From contig NZ_JATAAF010000012.1 in assembly GCF_030341905.1 (NCBI RefSeq), positions 17,406 to 81,405 on the forward strand: a DNA stretch of 64,000 bases, written 5' to 3'. Under the pieces are notes generated by a model that made no database searches, had not been told where the DNA came from, and saw only the letters and a list, made by a program, of their open reading frames with translations. This DNA comes from Porticoccus sp. W117. GTDB taxonomy: Bacteria > Pseudomonadota > Gammaproteobacteria > Pseudomonadales > Porticoccaceae. A program made the translations under genes and the position numbers. This document shows positions 58,347-64,000 of the stretch, piece after piece (the first letter of the stretch is position 1; the number at the start of each line of letters is the position of its first letter).

Positions 58347-59942
58347 ATGAGAACAGTAGCGATCAGTATTCTTGGGACTATCCTGGACCGGCGCGGCAAG
58401 AGAGAAAAGCGCTGGGACAAGTGGCGTCCCACCGTTTCCATGTGCCAACACGAAGATATGGTTATCGACCGGCTGGAGTTGTTATTTGATAACCACTCAA
58501 AACGCCTCGCTGAGCAAGTTACCGAAGATGTGGCCAGGGTATCGCCGGAAACTGAGGTGGTTCATCACCTGGTTAACTTTAATGACCCCTGGGATTTTGA
58601 GACGGTTTACAGCACTTTGCTGGATTTCACTCGTGGCTATGATTTTCAGACCAGTGAAGAGCAGTACCTCACGCATATCACCACCGGTACGCACGTGGCA
58701 CAGATATGCCTGTATCTGCTGACTGAAGCTGGCTATCTGCCAGGAAAGCTGTTGCAAACATCGCCTGCTAAGCGTGGCAGCAATGCACCAGGGCAATATC
58801 AAATTATTGACCTGGACCTGTCGAAGTACGACCAAATAGCCTCGCGCTTTCAGAAAGAGCACCAAGAGGGCACCAGTTACTTGAAAGGTGGCATAGAGAC
58901 CAATAATACCGCCTTTAATAAAATGATTGCCCAGCTTGAGCAAGTGTCTATCCGTTCCAGTGAGCCTATATTGATTACCGGGCCAACGGGTGCCGGCAAG
59001 TCATGGCTTGCGCAGCGGGTTTATGATCTTCGTAAGCAGCGGGGTAAATTATTTGGTCCTTTGGTGGCCGTGAACTGCGCCACGTTACGTGGTGAAAATG
59101 CCATGTCAGCATTGTTTGGCCATAAGAAAGGCGCATTTACCGGTGCTACAGCGGACCGTCCTGGTTTGTTGATGGAGGCCAATAATGGATTGCTGTTTCT
59201 GGATGAGATCGGAGAGCTCGGGCTGGATGAGCAAGCTATGTTGCTCAGGGCTGTCGAAGACAGGCGCTTTATGCCGTTTGGCTCCGATAAAGAGGTCAGT
59301 AGCGACTTTCAGCTGATTGCGGGTACCAATAAAGATCTTATCCAACAGTGCCAGAAAGGGGCGTTTCGGGAAGATCTTCTTGCCCGCATTGACCTCTGGA
59401 CCTATCGACTGCCATCTCTGAACGAGCGAAAAGAGGATATAGAACCCAACCTGGAATACGAGTTGGAAAAATTCTCCACGAAATCGGGTTATCTGGTTAA
59501 GTTCAACAAAGCGGCCCGAGATAGATACCTATCATTTAGTCATTCTGCCGAAGCAGTTTGGTCGGCCAATTTTCGAGACCTCAACGCCAGTATTACCCGT
59601 ATGGGAACATTGGCTGATGGTGGTCGAGTTACTGTCGATCTGGTGGATGAGGAAATCATGCGCCTCAAGCGCAAGTGGCAGGTGGGAGCTCAAGATAGAG
59701 AAGGGCATGTTGAGATGATTGATAGCGTCTTGGGTGCTGGGTATGCCGCTACTATGGATTATTATGAGCAAATTCAGCTGGCAGCTCTTATCGAGGTGTG
59801 TAGATCATCCAGGTCAATGGCGGATGCTGGCAGAAAGCTCTTTAATGTAAGTAGGGCGGCTAAAAAATCTAGTAATGACTCCCACCGGGTCAAACAGCTG
59901 CTGGGAAAATACGATTTGGAGTTTGCTAACCTTGAATTGTAA
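58347..59942 (+). CDS. rtcR: sigma-54-dependent transcriptional regulator RtcR (CARF-like N-terminal domain + AAA+ + HTH)
   Basis: Colinear with E. coli RtcR: N-terminal VAISILGTILD...RWDKWRPTV...HITTGTHVAQIC, then GPTGAGKS and GAFTGA. Confidence 0.93.
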   Translation: MRTVAISILGTILDRRGKREKRWDKWRPTVSMCQHEDMVIDRLELLFDNHSKRLAEQVTEDVARVSPETEVVHHLVNFNDPWDFETVYSTLLDFTRGYDFQTSEEQYLTHITTGTHVAQICLYLLTEAGYLPGKLLQTSPAKRGSNAPGQYQIIDLDLSKYDQIASRFQKEHQEGTSYLKGGIETNNTAFNKMIAQLEQVSIRSSEPILITGPTGAGKSWLAQRVYDLRKQRGKLFGPLVAVNCATLRGENAMSALFGHKKGAFTGATADRPGLLMEANNGLLFLDEIGELGLDEQAMLLRAVEDRRFMPFGSDKEVSSDFQLIAGTNKDLIQQCQKGAFREDLLARIDLWTYRLPSLNERKEDIEPNLEYELEKFSTKSGYLVKFNKAARDRYLSFSHSAEAVWSANFRDLNASITRMGTLADGGRVTVDLVDEEIMRLKRKWQVGAQDREGHVEMIDSVLGAGYAATMDYYEQIQLAALIEVCRSSRSMADAGRKLFNVSRAAKKSSNDSHRVKQLLGKYDLEFANLEL

Positions 59943-60083
59943 TTCTGATTTTAAATCGCCTCTTCAACTTTGAGTGATGTTAAGAGTGCTGCTTTTATCG
60001 GTAGAAGGGGATAGATTAGGCAGCATGGCGGGGAAGTGGTTTATACTCCCAGCCTTTATAAGGATATTTGGACTTCCTGCCTC

Positions 60084-61427
60084 ATGAACCATACCTGTTG
60101 TCCTCGCTTTACTCTCACTCGATTTCTTGCGCTGACGTTACTGTCTTTATGTGTGTTGCAAGCAAACACGGCGGCTCAGGAGCCTGAGCCTGCTGATACG
60201 GTTTATTACCAAACTATTCTGTACCTGATCAAAGAGCCTGCTAACCTGGGCAAGTTGATGCAGCACGAAGTTCCTGGGTTTACCAAGGCGGAAGAGTGGC
60301 CTGATAAGGTCACTAGCCCCATATACCGGTTGGAACAGTTTAGAGACCTGAAAAATCAACTGCCGCCGCCAGATATGCAAACACTGTCCTATTTTGGCCG
60401 AGGCTTGTCCCGCCAGGAGGCAGAAGAGCTGCAGCAGGCTGAGCTGGCCATTGTGTTGACCGCAGCCTATCCCATTGAACAAAACATCAAGCACCTGAAG
60501 GCACTAAACAACTTCAGCCATCGACTGGCTACAGAGAACGGCGGTTACCTGTGGGACTCAGAAACTCGTGAGCTTTTCACTCCTGATGTCTGGAAGGTTC
60601 AACGATTGGACGCTTGGCACGGTGACATTCCACTTGCTCACCAACATACCGTGATACACGCTTATCAAGACACAGACTACGTGCGGGCTATCACCTTGGG
60701 CATGGCGAAGTTTGGGTTGCCTGATATCGTGGTGAACAAGTTTTCTTGGTCTTCTAATCGCTCAATGGGCAATCTGATTAATATCGTCGCTCAGTCTCTG
60801 GCCGAAGGAGTTGTGCCCGAAGCAGATGGCCGGCTGACACTCAACATCGATCAATTGGCTGATACGCCTTTTAAGAAAGAAATGCTGGAAAGCTTACTCG
60901 ACAATGCTGAACGTCAAGTTACCCTGAGTATTGCATCAGGCAAATGGGAAGAAGGCGATCCACAGAACATCCTGTTGGAGCTGACTTTCCACGATATAGA
61001 GGGAAGAGACCTGCACGCCAAACAGGAAGCTTTATTATCGCGCTTGTTTGGCTGGGAAGACTCCATCGTCTACGTAGAACAAAACAAACAGATAGAGGCC
61101 GCCAGCAATAGGGCCAAAGAAAAACTGTCTTTATTGAAAGAAGCTTTCAATAAAGGCCTTAACCCCGGCGAGTACATTCTACTAAAAGCTCCTTTCGAGA
61201 CTCCAGATGGTGGTACTGAATGGATGTGGGTGGAGGTAATCACCTGGCGCGATGACAGCATTAAGGGGCTTCTGAAAAACGAACCCTTCAAAATACCCGA
61301 CCTCCATGGCGGTGCTGAGGTCACAGTGAGCCAGAAAGACATTTTTGACTATATCTGGAACCGTGCTGATGGCAGCCGGGAAGGTAACGAGACAGGTGAA
61401 TTGATACAGAAATACCAAAATCAGTAA
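60084..61427 (+). CDS. secreted hypothetical protein (signal peptide; C-terminal region of unknown function)
   Basis: Signal peptide RFTLTRFLALTLLSLCVLQA after MNHTCCP. The ORF-track start 60036 would be a GTG with no RBS. Confidence 0.55.
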   Translation: MNHTCCPRFTLTRFLALTLLSLCVLQANTAAQEPEPADTVYYQTILYLIKEPANLGKLMQHEVPGFTKAEEWPDKVTSPIYRLEQFRDLKNQLPPPDMQTLSYFGRGLSRQEAEELQQAELAIVLTAAYPIEQNIKHLKALNNFSHRLATENGGYLWDSETRELFTPDVWKVQRLDAWHGDIPLAHQHTVIHAYQDTDYVRAITLGMAKFGLPDIVVNKFSWSSNRSMGNLINIVAQSLAEGVVPEADGRLTLNIDQLADTPFKKEMLESLLDNAERQVTLSIASGKWEEGDPQNILLELTFHDIEGRDLHAKQEALLSRLFGWEDSIVYVEQNKQIEAASNRAKEKLSLLKEAFNKGLNPGEYILLKAPFETPDGGTEWMWVEVITWRDDSIKGLLKNEPFKIPDLHGGAEVTVSQKDIFDYIWNRADGSREGNETGELIQKYQNQ

Positions 61428-61486
61428 TGAGTCGCAGGAGCGTGCTCTAGTAAATAGGCATTAAATCAATTTGAAGTGGTGGATAA

Positions 61487-62122
61487 ATGCAAATGAAATT
61501 TAGTGTATTGGCTTTAGCAGGATTATTGCTCTTTGGTTTTGGGTATGACTTTTCGGAGGAAGACCAAATTTTACTGGCGTCTAATAATATTGAGGCCAAT
61601 GCTCTTGGCTCGATATCAGCGATTAAAGGGGTAGAACAGCTTCATACCTATGACGATGATTACAATCAAGTAAAAGCAAAGGGGGTTTTGCTGAAAGTGA
61701 AGCCAAATTCAGGCTGGAATGTAGTTAAGACTCTTAGGAAAAACCTCTCTGATAGTCCTTATCAGGCCTATTTTTACGATAACAACTTTGGCTATGGTGA
61801 TGATGAAGTCGCAGTTGTGCCCACTAAAGACTCTATTCAGTACCTGAAGACAGTTAAAACCAACGGCTTGAACTACGACCTCACAGCGGATGATGTACTC
61901 AAAAAATATATCGAGTGGAATGATAGGTTTGATCTCAGGCTGCTAGGAGCTGGCATGGATTGGCTTCAGGCGGATGTAACGAAAGATGGTATTGATTGGC
62001 GGCAGTTCGCAAAAGAGGTGTATGAATTCTGCCCAGATGTGGTGGATCAAGGGACTGGCACTGTTGAAGCCCTTGAGTCTGAAATGAGGAAATCAAAAAC
62101 ACTGTATTTATGGTGGGATTGA
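61487..62122 (+). CDS. secreted hypothetical protein (211 aa)
   Basis: Signal peptide MQMKFSVLALAGLLLFGFG. AT-rich. Ends ...LYLWWD. Confidence 0.5.
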   Translation: MQMKFSVLALAGLLLFGFGYDFSEEDQILLASNNIEANALGSISAIKGVEQLHTYDDDYNQVKAKGVLLKVKPNSGWNVVKTLRKNLSDSPYQAYFYDNNFGYGDDEVAVVPTKDSIQYLKTVKTNGLNYDLTADDVLKKYIEWNDRFDLRLLGAGMDWLQADVTKDGIDWRQFAKEVYEFCPDVVDQGTGTVEALESEMRKSKTLYLWWD

Positions 62123-62178
62123 TGGAAGTCAGAGCTCGGAGACTGAATCTTGCTCCCTATTTATCAAAGGAGAAAGTA

Positions 62179-62697
62179 ATGAAATGCTTTATAGGCGCTA
62201 TGTTGTTATCCCTCTGTTTTTATTCTTACGCAGATAATATTGAAGAGATACAAAGCCTTGGAAATAGCTTGACTGAAGCGGTCAAATCTAAATCCTATGT
62301 GAAGCTTAAATCATTCTCAAATACAAAAGAAATCAAAAAATTCTTAAGTAAGAATAAATGTCCGGGATACAAGTATCGAGCTTATGTCTTGGCTGATAAA
62401 AATAAATTCTATCTGGTGGCTTCAAAAGGTAAAGGTGTCGTAATTGGTAGACACTTTGTTGGCAATATTAACGATAATACTGTTGATATTGACTCTCTCT
62501 CTAGTTCTACCAAGGGTTGTATAAACCTAGGACCTACGCAAAAAGACTCAGCTGCAAAATTTGTTACTCATTTAAAACCCGAACCGAGTGAATTTCACGT
62601 TCTACAGAGTAACTTAGCGAATATTGCTCTTTTTGTAAGTACAAAGGGCGGCTTATATTCAGTTTCTGAAGGAAATGTGAAAAAAATAAAGGATTAG
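62179..62697 (+). CDS. secreted hypothetical protein (172 aa)
   Basis: AGGAGA RBS, signal peptide MKCFIGAMLLSLCFYSYA. Very AT-rich, Lys-rich. Confidence 0.5.
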   Translation: MKCFIGAMLLSLCFYSYADNIEEIQSLGNSLTEAVKSKSYVKLKSFSNTKEIKKFLSKNKCPGYKYRAYVLADKNKFYLVASKGKGVVIGRHFVGNINDNTVDIDSLSSSTKGCINLGPTQKDSAAKFVTHLKPEPSEFHVLQSNLANIALFVSTKGGLYSVSEGNVKKIKD

Positions 62698-62789
62698 TGC
62701 ATAGCCAGATCGGGCGTAACCGCTGTCGCGATTTTCTGGTTGTTGTGCGGTTCATCAGCATCAAAAGCTTTATATAAAGGATATATAAG

Positions 62790-63515
62790 ATGAAGATTTT
62801 TTTATTGATATTGTGCGTGGCTTTGAGCGCGACTGCGAAAGCAACTAACTGGGGCGAGACTGAAGTTGATGATCCTATCTTTAAAGGGGAGAAATGCTCG
62901 GTTCACGAGCCTATTAGCTACGGGAGTTATATTTATTTTTGGCCATCGAAGTATGATCAGGTATTTTGGCCTCTGACAGATCAATATGGCATATGGTTCT
63001 GTGAAAAGTCAGGTTTCACTGCATTCATAGGTGACTTTTCAGGATTGACCCCCAATGAGAGAGAGGAAATTAAAAACTATCTGCTTAAAAATCCTCCAAA
63101 GGATGCAAGTACTCAAACAAAACTTAATCTACTAGAAAATATCTACTCATTAAGACAAAAAGATAATACATTTAATAATCAGCTATTAAGGGTCCTGGCT
63201 AGGTGGTACCAAAGTATTGGAGATCATGAGAGGGCAAATAATTACCGGAAAAAAGCGCTCTCTGAGATTGTAAAGAATTTGGAAGGAGATCTAGATGAAA
63301 TTCAAAAACTGGAATATCTGTATTTGGCTGTTAACTATTATAGGCAGCTCGGAGAGATTGAAATCAGTGAGAAGTACATTTCAAAACTTATCTTATCTTT
63401 AGATGCTGTTAAAGATGAAGGTAGCAAAGACTACGCAATGTATCTAAAAGAGCTATATCCTGAGAGCATGTATATTGAAGCGGGTGATAGTCTCGATCCT
63501 AAATTGCCAGAGTAG
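62790..63515 (+). CDS. secreted hypothetical protein with TPR-like C-terminal helices (241 aa)
   Basis: Signal peptide MKIFLLILCVALSATAKA. C-terminal helical repeats (YLYLAVNYYRQLGEIEISEKY). Very AT-rich. Confidence 0.5.
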   Translation: MKIFLLILCVALSATAKATNWGETEVDDPIFKGEKCSVHEPISYGSYIYFWPSKYDQVFWPLTDQYGIWFCEKSGFTAFIGDFSGLTPNEREEIKNYLLKNPPKDASTQTKLNLLENIYSLRQKDNTFNNQLLRVLARWYQSIGDHERANNYRKKALSEIVKNLEGDLDEIQKLEYLYLAVNYYRQLGEIEISEKYISKLILSLDAVKDEGSKDYAMYLKELYPESMYIEAGDSLDPKLPE

Positions 63516-63576
63516 TTCATGTTTGAGCATGTGATTTAGCAGGCCGACCTTGTGTTTAACTATCTTGCCGTTAGTA

Positions 63577-63652
63577 TGAAGCATGAGGGTTACCTTTTGG
63601 TTTTGATTGATTTCAGGTTTAGTCACCTTCAATCAAAATCGGTAACCCTCTC
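63577..63652. repeat. long near-perfect inverted repeat (gagggttacc-ttttggttttgattga ... tcaatcaaaa-tcggtaaccctctc)
   Basis: About 25-bp arms around a short spacer. Could be a terminator, a MITE-like element or an IS end. Near the window end. Confidence 0.5.
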
Positions 63653-63669
63653 TTTTTCAAGAGGATGTG

Positions 63670-63948
63670 TCAGATTTGGTCTGAACTACTCCAGCTGATA
63701 TCCAGCTTGGCATTCGCAATTTCATCATCGGTAAATATAGGCTTCATATTGCATTGTTGACGATACCGTCGAAGTGCTTCATGTGCGCCATTCAAGTATT
63801 GAAAGGAGACTATGAATCGCCAGTGTACGTGGCAGTGGTAGCTGCGTAGAAGACCTGGGGATTTGACTCGAGCTGACCTTTCCCCAGCTTTAGTACCACA
63901 GCTTCGATGAGACTTGCCCAATCTATGCCGCCTGATTTGCAAAAGCAA
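63670..63948 (-). CDS. hypothetical ORF (92 aa), possibly a mobile-element remnant; weak
   Basis: ORF-track only. The composition shifts and the C-terminus reads MKPIFTDDEIANAKLD. No recognisable domain. Confidence 0.2.
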   Translation of the reverse strand: MLLQIRRHRLGKSHRSCGTKAGERSARVKSPGLLRSYHCHVHWRFIVSFQYLNGAHEALRRYRQQCNMKPIFTDDEIANAKLDISWSSSDQI

Positions 63949-64000
63949 CGGGCGGCAGATAATTCAATGAACTATGTGGCCGAACGTGATTGTAGTGTTG

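Overview
This 64-kb window looks like a gammaproteobacterial chromosome. Its gene order is Pseudomonas-like, but the organism is not identified. All calls are made by eye from the sequence and the ORF track. No searches or computations were run.

Roughly 1-45 kb is conserved housekeeping DNA:
- a C-terminal acyl-CoA dehydrogenase fragment and a divergent LysR regulator;
- leuCDB, asd plus an asd paralog, fimV, truA, trpF-trpB-trpA, accD, folC, a SPOR (DedD-like) protein, cvpA, purF and metZ;
- a GGDEF diguanylate cyclase;
- gltA facing sdhA-sdhB-sucA-sucB-lpdA-sucC-sucD, with no sdhCD upstream of sdhA;
- a carboxylesterase;
- a tyrosine-catabolism block (hpd-hmgA-fahA-maiA) with the PhhR/TyrR-type sigma-54 activator, phhB and a strong TyrR box;
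- tusBCD-tusE and a BI-1/YccA-family protein.

This part is peppered with at least five families of REP-like palindromic elements, 16 copies in all. One is nested inside another, and one supplies the last codons and stop of the esterase gene.

From about 47.8 kb the composition turns AT-richer and the content becomes accessory, in this order:
- a GCS2-like ligase and an AstE/AspA-like deacylase, still at normal GC;
- a translationally coupled KAS-III-like / heme-oxygenase-like diiron (CADD-type motif) / unknown-protein operon;
- a tight minus-strand trio of SPFH (band-7) protein, Pol-beta-type nucleotidyltransferase and a DUF1399-like membrane protein with a Gly/Cys-rich tail, abutting a tRNA 3' fragment and tRNA-Met;
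- a minus-strand tRNA array (Met, Lys-like, Gln, His, Asn, plus a degenerate tRNA-like element and an aberrant 148-nt tRNA-like gene) interrupted by an HNH endonuclease gene;
- rtcBA with a textbook sigma-54 promoter and the divergent CARF-containing regulator rtcR;
- four AT-rich genes for secreted proteins and a large terminal palindrome.

My best candidates for something new are the SPFH/NTase/membrane-protein trio and the KAS-III/diiron-oxidase operon. The anticodon-nuclease-target-like tRNA array and RtcB RNA-repair locus lie directly downstream of these, across the tRNA cluster. A low-GC orphan barstar-like immunity gene also sits between metZ and the GGDEF gene.
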